Source: Saprolegnia diclina VS20 (taxonomy: Eukaryota). Taken from it: a stretch of 64,000 nucleotides of DNA. The first letter of the stretch is position 1. Every line of letters starts with the position of its first letter. The notes under the pieces are model-generated. The model made no database searches. It saw nothing but the letters and a program-made list of their open reading frames with translations, and was not told the DNA's origin. Made by a program: the position numbers and the translations under genes. Below, in pieces: positions 31,666 to 42,702 of the stretch. The stretch lies in assembly GCF_000281045.1 (NCBI RefSeq), contig NW_008246102.1, positions 178,992 to 242,991 on the forward strand. Direction: 5' to 3'.

Positions 31666-34600
31666 CTACGGCTTGGCAAACCACCCGTTGGTCCAGCCCG
31701 CCTTGGCTTTCGGCGGCGAGGGTTTCGGCAATGACGGCGCCTTGAAGGACGTGAGCTGGCCCTTGATCGCTGCGAGGTTGACCGTGATCGTCGCCTGCGA
31801 CCGCCGCGGAAACCAGTCGGCGACGCTGACATTAGCCACGTCCTGGCGTTCGTAAAAGAGGAGGTACGCCGACTGCATGAGGCGCGCCGTCATCTCGAGC
31901 GTTGGCAGCTGCGTCACGGTCGTGTCGTCGAGGCAAAACCACTGCCCGAGCGAGTCCTTGATGTACGCCACATAGTGCCCTGCGCCCAGCACACCGTGGT
32001 GGCACACGACTCCGTACAGATCGTACTTGGCATCCGGTGCCGCCGCTTGCGTCGGTGACGGAAAAGCCACCGAGAGCGGCGTCTCGGTCGACGTCGATGT
32101 AAACGGTCGTTTCCGATCCATCGGTTCCATCGGTGTCGGTGCCGGTGTCGTCGTCGTCGTTGTCGTCGATGTCGGTGGTGTCGGTGTCATGAACCGAGCG
32201 AGGTCGAGGTTGTGTGTGGGAAATGCAATTGCATTTTCGGCCTTGATGGGTCGGTGGCCCGACGACGAGAGGTTCTGAAATCGCTTGAGCTGCACGGCGA
32301 GGACAGGCGGCGCGCCGTGAATCGACAGCCGCTTCGAGTGCTCTGTCGAAGTCTTGCACTTGCCACAGCCCATGTCAATGCTTTCACTCGAACAGAGCAT
32401 CTCAAGGCACTCCTACGCCCCGTTCGCACGTCCTTTGACCAGCAGGTTTGCGTACCTCGAGCGAGTTGGAGGGCCGGGTCGAGTGGTGCACCGGCGACGT
32501 CGCTGCCTCGGGCGTCGACGCCGCCTTTTCCTGCACGATGCGCGCCGACAAGACATCTACGCGCCCGATACGTGGCCGCTCCAACGACTGCAAAGCGCGT
32601 ACCGTCGTGCCAGTCGATGGCCAGCATCGTAGCGGCCGTGGGTTCGAGGCGCGTCGTCGCATCGCTTGGGTCCAGTACACACCCGAGGCAGTGGGAGGTC
32701 CACGGACAAATCGCGCACGAGAGACCGTCGGGCTTGAGCACCTGCCGCAGTGTGAACCCATATGACGTCGTCGTTTGCAGCGACGGAATCGCAAACTCCA
32801 TGCTCGGCGCCTTGGCCAAAACCGGGGTTTCCTACTCAACCATGTGACGACTCGCACCATATCCGACTAACTAAAACGATTTGGATGGTACCAGCGCGAG
32901 GCCGTTGACCGTCGGTGTCGGGGCAAAATGCGTGTGTAGCCACGCGTAGAGCTCGGCGCTCGTCTTGGCCATCGGCACCAAGAGCGGGTGGCCAAATAGA
33001 TGCACGCGGAACGGCCGTCGGAAGTAGAAGGGCACGATGCGCTGGTACCGGTGGACGGCTTGGAGCCACAGCGTCGGCAACGGTTCGTCGGGCACAGGCA
33101 CGCCAAAGACGTGCAGGTGCTCGAGCGAGAGCTCGGCGATCGACGAGGTGGGCTTGAGAACATGGGCGAGGCGGTGGGCCCCCATGACGACGGCCACCTT
33201 GTGCTCGGAAGCGGCCGACTCCGGAAAGAGAGTGTCGATCTCCTTGAGAACGTCCGTGATCGTACCGTTCGTGGGTACGCGGACTTGGACCGAGACGCGG
33301 GCCGACGACGACGACCGCCGGTACTGCAGTTGAAGCCACCGGAACGGCTCGGGCGGTAGTGGCACTTGCAGAAACGAGCACGGCTCGAATCGATTCGAGG
33401 TCGCGTGGCAGCTCGCACACTCGAGCGCCGACTTGAACTGGCCGGTAAAGAGTGCAGTGATGATCGAGGGGTCGCGCAGGACGTGGGCTGTCCACCACTC
33501 GGCCGCCACGTCCACGTCCGGTCGGTCGTTGCTGTCGGGCAAGGCGATGTACGGCTTGGAAGTGCCGGCTCCAGCGACCGGTCGACACAAATCTTCGTTG
33601 AGCCCCGAGAGCAGCACCGAGAGGAACTCGTGCGCGTCGTGCTGGAGGTTGCCGGCAAAGGACGCGTAGACCTTGCCCATGCAAAACTTGAGCCGCTGCG
33701 GTGCGATCGGACGCGTCTTGTTGCGACTTGACGTTGCGAGCGCTGCGAGGACCTTGGCGAGTTCGCCGTACGTAGCCGCGAGCACGCCCTTCATGCCCAT
33801 GGGGTTTACCGTGTTGAGGTCGTAGAGGTACTCGTCGGACGCAAAGAACTCTTGTAAGAGCGGGGTGTGGAAGAGGCACTGCAGCACCGAGTTCATATAG
33901 CACGTATTCCCGAGGTTGCTCAGTCCGACGACCGGCGTCGACGGACGCAGCGTCACGGCGGCCGTTGGCGACGGCGTCAACAGCGCAGCACACTGCACGA
34001 GGAGCTCGAGATGTCCTTTGGTCGCCACGTCGCCGAGGCGCGCGCCTGCGGGCAGACTCGTGGCGTCGTCCGACTTTTGCGGTCGCCAGAGCACGCTGAA
34101 CGGCGTCGACGGCGCCAAGTTGTAGTGGGCTCGCAATAGCACCGGCAGCCGAGCAATCGATGTTGTCTGGCTCAGTCGCACCACCGACGGCGATCTATAC
34201 AGTAGCCCAAGTCTAACCCAGCAACAAACTACAGTCCAAGCGCGTACGTGGTCTTGGCGTCTTGCAGCACGAGCGCCACGGTGAGCGGGTCGGTCTCGAG
34301 ACGAATCTCGGCGTCACCGCCGACCCGGCACGTCAGCCGCACGACGATCGGCGTCGATGGCGTCGATGGCGGAAACCAATGGCTGACGAGGTGCCACACA
34401 CTCGGGTTGACAAACACGCCGCTCTCGCTCGGCTGGACGGGTCCCATCTGTGTCTCACACTGGACAAACCGCTGCCACCAAGTCGCATCGATGCCAAACC
34501 AAAGACCGCCATCAATATGAGGGCTTGCGTCCGGGAGCTTCCGGAGTGCTTTCACCAGCGGCACGCGGTGGAGATGACCGTCCTTCATGCTCGTCGCGAG

Positions 34601-35785
34601 GCGGCCGTGGACCTCGTCGAGGAGCTGTTGCCACAACCAGAGCACGACCGGGTAGTCTTGCAGCCAGGTAAAGTACTCTTCGAATGCAACGGGCGGTGCC
34701 TCTTTTTCGAGGTACGACAGGACTTCGTCGTAGAGCGAGGTTGCATTCGCGCTCACGAGCACCAAAGGGTCCAGCACCACGTCGACATCTAAGTGGCTCG
34801 TACAGAGAAAGTCTGCGAGCTGCGACGTGACTTGGGTCTTGTTGCGGTCGACAAAGACGTCAAAGAGCGCACCAAGCGCCTCCATGACGGTCGCCCGGTG
34901 AATGCACACGAGCCGCGTGAGCCATTCGCGCAGCGTTCGGTCGGCACCGGCGCCGACGGCCATGACCACGGCGCGATCAATGTGCATGGCAAAGGCGTCG
35001 GCGACCGTCGAGTCTGGCACGAGGTCATGCAACGCATACTCTTGTCGCAGCTGCTGGCAGGTCGCGCGGAACGCGATCACGTCCGAGTCGAACCAGTTGG
35101 GCAGCGTGTACAACGCGAGGGTCGTGGCGGCCGACGGCGGCAGCACGAGGGAGGTGGACCGTGTCGAGCGCGGCGCCGGCGACGACGCGGGCACGTCGAC
35201 CACCTCGTCAAAGACAAATGCGTTGGCGAGCGCGGGAATCCATTCGAGGAGCGCAATCTTCTCGGCCTTGAGGTTGGCCATGCGCGTCCGGAACGTATCG
35301 AGTTTGAGCTTCTCTTGCTTCTGGAAGAGCTCGGCTTCAAACATGACGGCGGTCCAGGTCTTGCCGTTGTGTCCGATGGCGGCGACGTTGGGGGTTGTCA
35401 TGGTCCAGAGAAGGAACGCGCGGACGTCGCCTTTGCCAATCGCGCCCGACTCGGTGGAGTCGAGGGCCCGGAAGAGGAGCTTGAGGCGCTCCCGCATCGA
35501 GCCTGTCTTGAGGACCGCGATGGCCGAGATGAACTCCTTGTACTTGAGGTGCCCCGTCACGTCGAGGTTGATGCTGTTGAAGAAGCGCTCCGCGAGCGGG
35601 ATCGGCATGCTCGGCAGCACCTCGCGCAAGACGCTGTGGACAAAGACAAGCCGCGTCATGTGGCCATGGCCCGACGCCCGCGTGAAGGCCTGCTTGGCGC
35701 GCCGCGTCTCGACCTCGCCAAGCCGCGTCTCGGCGGCCGACGCCTTGATGATCGGCTCGGGCAGCCCCAGCAGCGACTGCCACAT
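31666..35785 (-). CDS. Ubiquitin C-terminal hydrolase (USP family, USP32-like: EF-hands + DUSP + USP)
   Basis: Cys box GLSNLGNTCYMNS, QHDAHE, His box YDLYGVVCHHGVLGAGHYVAY, and WFCLDD. N-terminal EF-hand-like LFRALDSTESGAIGKGDV and DUSP-like WFGIDATWWQRF. ATG taken at 35785 (MWQSLLG). Confidence 0.9.
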
Positions 35786-35838
35786 CTCTCGGTTGGAATC
35801 GGGACTGGGCCGCTTCGCCGAACTTTGTTTCGATCCGA

Positions 35839-35911
35839 CCAATCACAGATCGGCATGTACGACAAGCGCCAATCAGCATACAGTACAGTACATGGCCGAC
35901 AAGGCACCAAT
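35839..35911. promoter_or_regulatory. Three CCAAT boxes upstream of the USP gene
   Basis: CCAAT at 35839, 35869 and 35907, 54-126 nt upstream of the ATG at 35785. Confidence 0.4.
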
Positions 35912-36581
35912 CCTCGCGTGGCAGCTTCAGGTCGTCGTACGCGACGCTCGCCAAGCGCGAAATCAAGAGGAGGCGGGCCGGGCCCGAGGCAGCGAGCCAG
36001 CCGATACCACCAGTGCTCTATCAACGACGCACAGAGCCTCAACGCATCGCTTTGCAGTGACGGAAGGTCAACAACGTCGCCCGTCCTGTCCAGGCTCTCC
36101 CAACCTCAGGCGTGCGTGGCTTCTGGCAGAAGAGGTCATACACCCTCGACTAGGAATACCAGAGGTGAATCCATTCGTAGAACAATGGACTCTAGCCGAG
36201 ACGAAGCGTCGGTGAGGCCGTACGACACTTGGAGCGCCGATAGCCGAGTTGACGCCGATCCTGGAGCTGGCTCTCTTCGCCGCCATGTGTCCTGCCAGTC
36301 CATGTACCGAATCTGGCCGGCCGAATCTCACATAACGCGCGCTGCTGACGCTAGGCTGCACGCGCCACAACTACTAACAACTACAGCTACAAAATTACTC
36401 TTTTAGCGAGCGATAACAATGGCATGATCGAACTCCTTCCTATACACGGTCATGGCACCGCAGCGCGAGGAACCCCGATGCGTCTTTCTCCTTCTGCACT
36501 CGCGAGATGTTCACGCAAGCGTGTGGTCATTATTGTCAATCGCGTAAATATATACATTTATGAAAATCCAAGGATACCCGA

Positions 36582-39500
36582 TCAGCTAACATACCCGTTC
36601 GAGTGGTATTGGTACCGGTCGTACCTACACCACAGAAGCATCGTCATCTCTGCTTCCTTTGTCATAGAGGCACACGTACAGGCGGGTGCGCAGACTATTG
36701 CAGCTCTGGTCGGCCAGTCGCTGTGCGTGGAGCCGGACGTCGCTGTCGGATGCGCCCACACACAGTCGATCTTGGAGTCGGCGGAGGAGCAGGGGGACGT
36801 TCTGCCCCACAAAGCACGGGAATGGTGATTTCTTGGCCGTCATGCTCACAAGCGCCAAGATCTACAGCAGCGATGATCATCGCCACTTCAAATCTCACAC
36901 GGTACACGAGATGCATGGTGCTGCAGGGCCAAAAGACCGTCGCCGAGGAGCCGCAAAAAACGCTGGTAGCCCGGACTCTCCTTCCCGCCCATCGTGAGGA
37001 CCATCTCATCCGTGAGCTTGAACGGCGCGCGCTCAAAGCTAAAGCGACCTAGTCCCATAAACCATTATAACTTTAGTAGAGTGGACGACAATGTGACGTA
37101 CCGCCCGGAGCTATCCCAAAGGCAAAGCCGAAATCAATGTGCAAAATCGTGCCGTCGACGTGCAGCATCACATTGCCGTTGTGGCGATCTTTGATCTATC
37201 GCACAAGATCATATGCGAATACGAATCCAAATGACCAAGGTACGCACCTGTAGAATGTAGCAAAATAGACTGTACGCGGCCATGGACCGAATAAAGTTAT
37301 CGCGGGCCACCTACTTTCAGTGAGCGACCAACTAACTAATTTACTCACAAAGTACGCACCGCAAGCCGCTCGCGTATCGGGTACCGCGCCCTAAAGATGG
37401 CGTCGAGCGACTGTCCTGGATGATGCTTCTTGACGTCCGAGACCGAGTCCGCGTCCAGCAAGACCTGCATGAGCCCGCAGTCGTCGCCACAGCAGAGAAT
37501 GCTACCGCTGAAATCACACACAACGATAGCATGGTGCCGACACGTACGTATACGGGCGCAGCACGAGCTCCGTGTCGCAAAAACACTCGACAAAGATGTG
37601 CAAAAGCTGCATGATGAACACTTCTTGCCGCATGTCGTCAAAGCTCTTGGCAATGACCGGCACCAAGTCCCACCCAAGTTCCTATCACAGATGTACCCAT
37701 GGCACCATCAACGTCGAGAGGACGTACCGAGCGGTAAAGGCTCTGTGCTTGCAGTCGCGAGCGCTTCTCCCGGAACGACTCGGTCTCGGCCGGGTTGATC
37801 TCCGCCACCATCTTGTTGGTATCATTGTCATCCTCGCCTTCTAGGAGCTTGAGGGCGACCGGGCAGTCGGACACGAACGACCGATCGACGCCAACGCAGT
37901 CTTCACTCGGACGTGGCGTGCTCCGGCTGTGGCTGCGACATGCCGTCGACGCCCGGCGATCACGCCCAAGGTCCGCATCCAGAAACGCATCCAGGAGGTA
38001 CGAGGTCGGCGCTGCGTCCGTAGCTGGGTCGGGTCGATGACGCACCGTCGTCGCCTCGGTGATCGCGATCGTCTCGAAGAAGACCATGGTCGGCGCCCGC
38101 GCCTTCGTCGAGAAGACCGTGCCTTCTGTCGGCACAATACTACGCACACGCTTTTGCGTGTCGTCGTGCACAGTCAGCGGCAAAATCGCGTGGGCCGGCA
38201 GCGTCGCGCTTAGCCGCGAGAGCACATGTGGAAGATGCGCTTTCCGGTCTTTGCCGGAATTGAACTGGCGCTTGAAGTTTTGCGATGCGACGACAAGCGA
38301 CTGCACGAGGTGCACCGTGTCGCCAAACACGTCGAGTGCGTCAATGGCGGTCTCGGGTTGCATCTCGGCGAGGACGGTATCCAGGTCGGCAAAGAACGCC
38401 TCGTCGTCGTCGCCCGGTAGCAAGATCATGCTGCGGAGATCCTGCACCGGCTCGGACGCCACCGGGCTGGACGCATCGGGAAATGGTGGCAGGAACCGGT
38501 TAGCATCCAGCTGCGTCGACACGGCCGCGACGTCGGACGGCGTGAGGGCCCCAAGCCACGCGCCAAAGACTGAGCTGGACCGCGAGTTGGACCGTAGCGC
38601 TTGGGTGGTATGCAGGAGCTGGTCGAGCAGCTGCATGGCGTCGTGGTCGGACGTCGTGGGGCCCAGCACAAGACTCGCCATTTCCGTCGTCGATGCCGTC
38701 GCATTGAGCCCCACGTACACGCCGTAAAACTGCATGAGCGATGCACCAAAGCAGGCGTCGTCGTCGTGGCCCTTGGCGCCGTCGGTGCGCGCGGCTACCG
38801 CGTCCCAGTGCGTCCGCAGCGCCAACACCGTGGATCGGCGCCCGACACCCGCGAGGAAGAGGACGTAGAAGAGCTGCATGGCCATCGACTGGCACGACGC
38901 GAGAGATGCAAAACCCCAGTGCAGAATCTGCGGCCAGTACATCCCGAGGTGCGCGACGTCCGACTCGGCGACGACCGCCAGTTGCGCGAGCGTCGACACA
39001 AAGAGGAAGGGCGACGTCATGTACGTGTAGAGCCCGGCGACGAGGCTGCAGACGTCGATGGGCCCGCTGTCCATGTACTCCTGCAAGTCGTGGTACGCAG
39101 CCTTGTCCTTGGCGCCGAGCCGGCTCCAATGTCGCGTCTCCTTGAAGAGCCCTAATGGGTCGTTGGCCTGCAGCGCAAGCAGGTTCTGCCAGTCGCGAAA
39201 GCGAGTGAGAACTACGTCAGCACTGGCCGTGCGCTGTGACTGCGATGTCTCGACGAGAGCGGGACTCGGTGTCACGCGCTTCTCGAGGACGAGCTGGAGC
39301 GCGAGGAGCCAAGCGTCGCGGTCGGCCGCGGACTTGGTCATGGCCGTCACGAGCTGCCCGGACGGCGTCGAGAGGAAGAAACGCTCGTTGAGAAAGTCCT
39401 TGTCGTCGGCGAACGCGAGTTGGCAGTCGAGGACGCGGACGTCCTGCCCGGGCGCCGCCCACGTGAGTGCGCCCGACCGGCGCAGCCAGCAGCACACGCT

Positions 39501-39620
39501 GCCTGTCGATGGCTCAGTCTCGTCGTCGAACGAGAGCACGAGGTGTCCCTTGTATGCGTAGGCGGCGTCGCCCATTTCGATGCTGCCGGGGACATCGTCG
39601 ACCGACGACGAGGCTACCAT
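36582..39620 (-). CDS. Phosphatidylinositol 4-kinase (type III beta-like) with N-terminal PH-like domain
   Basis: Spliced catalytic exons: [53 protein letters not shown], and terminal [15 protein letters not shown]-terminal FFLSTPSG...[12 protein letters not shown] is PH-like. Confidence 0.9.
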
Positions 39621-40202
39621 CTCTGCCAAAAGCAAAAAGAGAGATGAAAGTTTACGGCAAAGTCGCCCAAATCATTCCGATATACATACAGATGTCAAGT
39701 GCACTGTCTTGGCACACGCAACCGACGCTGCCACCGCCACGCCGCCTGCGAGGGTTGCGAGGGCCTATGAGCGTACTAGCCATGTGCATTCGACCAGCAG
39801 CAGCGCATACGCTAGCTTGGCGTGCGACGGTGGCAGCGGCACCCAAGCCCCCGTGCGTCCCGCCCGCCGCCGTCACGACGTGGCACGCCCTGGCGCCACC
39901 TGCGACACGACGCTCTTGGACGTCTGCATGCAAACTGCATCGTCGCCGTCGTCGACGCTCGTTGCTGTAGCAAGGACCTGGATCAAGAGCACCAAGACCA
40001 CTCGAGAGTGATTGACGTTCGACCGACCTGCTGCTTCATGTCGCCATGTGCATGGACGTGAGCAAGGGATGTTGCAGTAGCTTGGGAACCGGCTGCGATG
40101 ATGGAACCTTGATTGTGCGAGACACTGGGCGAGGAAGCGGGACGATTAGGTAGATGCACTTGGAAACAATGGAGGTTAGGAGGGGGTGTTGGACGTTAGT
40201 GA

Positions 40203-41046
40203 CTAGTCGCGGTGCGACCGCGACGACTTCTTTGATGACTTTTCCTTACGGCGCTTGTGCTTGGACGATTTCTTGGACGATTTCTTGGGCGATTTCTTCG
40301 ACTCCTTTGACCGCTTCCCGCGCGGACTACGGCTGCGACTGCGAGTCTTTGGGCTGCGACTCCGAGTCTTTGGGCTGCGACTCCGAGTCTTTGGGCTGCG
40401 GCTTCGGCCCTTGGGACTGCGGCTGCGCCGCTTGGACGCGCGACGGGGACTCACGCTGCGGTCTCGCCGACATCGACGGCGGCCGCGGTCGCTCTCACTT
40501 TCGCTCTCGGAGGACGAGGACGAGTCGTCGTCGCTGCTGCTCTCGGCCGCCTACGTAAGTCGCATGCTCGTCCCATTTTCAGCATGCAAAGACGCGTGGG
40601 CGCACCAGCTTCTTTTGGTTGGCGCTTTGGTCGAGAAAGTTCATGCACTGAAAGGTCAAATGGCCCATGGCGCCGCACTAGGTCACATGAGAGACGAGCG
40701 CGGAATGCAGTGACGCGTACCTTCTTGCACGAGCCGCGCGTGTCGTTCTACAACGCGGCATGAGGCTTGGTCCAGCGACGAGAAGCAGGACGTACCGCCT
40801 TGTTGGAGAGTTTTGCCAGCGCCATGAAGCCCTTGGCGCGCTCGATTGAGGACGCGGACTGGCCTGGGTCCTGGCCCTCGCCCTAGACGAACCGTGGCCA
40901 TGAGGCGGCTGCGAGGACGATCGAGGGCGACGTACATCGGCGGCGTACGGGTCATATCCGATCGTGTCCTTCCAGATGCCCGTCATCTTGAGCGTGTCGC
41001 TGCTCGACATGATGTTGTTGTGCGGCATACGTCCACGGTGCCCCAT
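40203..41046 (-). CDS. CAX-interacting protein 4 / SREK1IP1-like zinc-knuckle RS-rich protein
   Basis: RMPHNN...GIWKDTIGYDPYA, spliced RGSCKK/CGAMGHLTFQC knuckle, and an acidic/Ser then RS/K-rich tail. Confidence 0.8.
40332..40400. repeat. 21-bp coding tandem repeat (RSRSPKT x3)
   Basis: GCTGCGACT(C/G)CGAGTCTTTGG repeated three times. Confidence 0.9.
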
Positions 41047-41124
41047 GCTTCCGTGCGTGGTTGCGGTGGTGCAAGGGCAAAGTGGAATGGCGTAGTTTCG
41101 ACCAATGGCTTTCCGGCATTTGAT

Positions 41125-41729
41125 NNNNNNNNNNNNNNNNNNNNNNNNNNNNNNNNNNNNNNNNNNNNNNNNNNNNNNNNNNNNNNNNNNNNNNNNNNNN
41201 NNNNNNNNNNNNNNNNNNNNNNNNNNNNNNNNNNNNNNNNNNNNNNNNNNNNNNNNNNNNNNNNNNNNNNNNNNNNNNNNNNNNNNNNNNNNNNNNNNNN
41301 NNNNNNNNNNNNNNNNNNNNNNNNNNNNNNNNNNNNNNNNNNNNNNNNNNNNNNNNNNNNNNNNNNNNNNNNNNNNNNNNNNNNNNNNNNNNNNNNNNNN
41401 NNNNNNNNNNNNNNNNNNNNNNNNNNNNNNNNNNNNNNNNNNNNNNNNNNNNNNNNNNNNNNNNNNNNNNNNNNNNNNNNNNNNNNNNNNNNNNNNNNNN
41501 NNNNNNNNNNNNNNNNNNNNNNNNNNNNNNNNNNNNNNNNNNNNNNNNNNNNNNNNNNNNNNNNNNNNNNNNNNNNNNNNNNNNNNNNNNNNNNNNNNNN
41601 NNNNNNNNNNNNNNNNNNNNNNNNNNNNNNNNNNNNNNNNNNNNNNNNNNNNNNNNNNNNNNNNNNNNNNNNNNNNNNNNNNNNNNNNNNNNNNNNNNNN
41701 NNNNNNNNNNNNNNNNNNNNNNNNNNNNN
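41125..41729. other. Assembly gap (N-run)
   Basis: N bases. Confidence 1.
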
Positions 41730-42280
41730 CCACGTCTTGGCGAAGACCCCCGAGCTTCGAGTCGAGCTGGGCGATTTCACGACGTAAAGCATCTTCCTCC
41801 ATCGACATGCTCGTCGTTGGCGGCTTCAATGGTGACGTAGCCCAACGCGTCGCGCGGACATCTATCGGCGCCGCAGGTTTGGCGAGCACAACGGGTGCAG
41901 TCTTGGTGGGTTCATTGGGCGTCACCTTCTTGACGGGCTCTGTGGGTGGTAGCTTCTTGGTAAGATGGTGGCGACGTCTTGGCGTGTTCCTGGAGCGGGC
42001 GACCCAGCGACGGCTGCACCGCCGGTTGAAGAGTGTGCACCTGTGGTGCCGGCACTGCAGACGTGGTGCGTAGAGTATCGGTCGGTTCCGCAACAGTCTT
42101 GGTCGTAGCGACGACTTTAATGGGCGCTACCGTCACTGCCGCCTTGGGTACTGTGACGATGGCTGCTTCATGGCCCAACGTGCGCTGTGTCGTAGGATTG
42201 AAGAAGAGTTAGCAGCGTCGTGGACGATGCACTCTTCTTTATAAGCCGCCAAGAAGGCTTCGTCGGCGGCGATAGCATCT
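41730..42280 (-). CDS. Partial hypothetical protein running into the gap
   Basis: Pro/Thr/Ala-rich segments followed by the coiled-coil-like SMEEDALRREIAQLDSKLGGLRQDV. The 5' structure is unresolved. Confidence 0.4.
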
Positions 42281-42572
42281 GCCGTTGTCGCCGTTCGCGA
42301 TTGTGATCGGTGCTCTACCGTGCGCAAATGTTCGTACTTAAGCGCTTTTGCGACGACGGCGTCGCGGGAGCACTACACTACAGTCGTGATGTCCGTACAT
42401 CTGCCCTACGATCGAGTGCTCTGGTGGAGTCGCCCAATCACAAGCAGATGACACGACAAGGTCGGGTTTCATTGAAAGGGAAGGGGAAGCTGGCAGTGGG
42501 ATTGCTGTCAACGCATTTCGGATTCGACCATCACTCGAGGCAATCTTTACAAATCAGAATTTGCTGCATTTT

Positions 42573-42693
42573 CTACGACGTGCTTTTCTTGCGCGCGATC
42601 GTCCAGGAAAGGCGCGGGACTATTGTCGTCTTGCGCTGGTAGCTCAAGCAGCCGCCAGAGAGCAGTTGTTTGAGCATCGTCGTCCACGACAAC
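42573..42693 (-). pseudogene. Orphaned original 3' end of the DUF4419-like gene interrupted by the MULE
   Basis: Translates LSWTTMLKQLLSGGCLSYQRKTTIVPRLSWTIARKKSTS*, matching the C-terminus KTTIVPELRWAIALKNGQRS* of the intact paralogue. Confidence 0.85.
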
Positions 42694-42702
42694 GACGCAT
42701 GC

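Noticed and set aside
35786..35842. MVGSKQSS N-terminal extension of the USP (myristoylation-like)
   Set aside because: It depends on a TTG start and overlaps the CCAAT promoter region. The first ATG is at 35785.
34793..36406. Long antisense ORFs (537 aa here; also 45691-46887, 46978-48243 and 55902-57188)
   Set aside because: Shadow frames of GC3-rich genes on the opposite strand, with no recognisable motifs.
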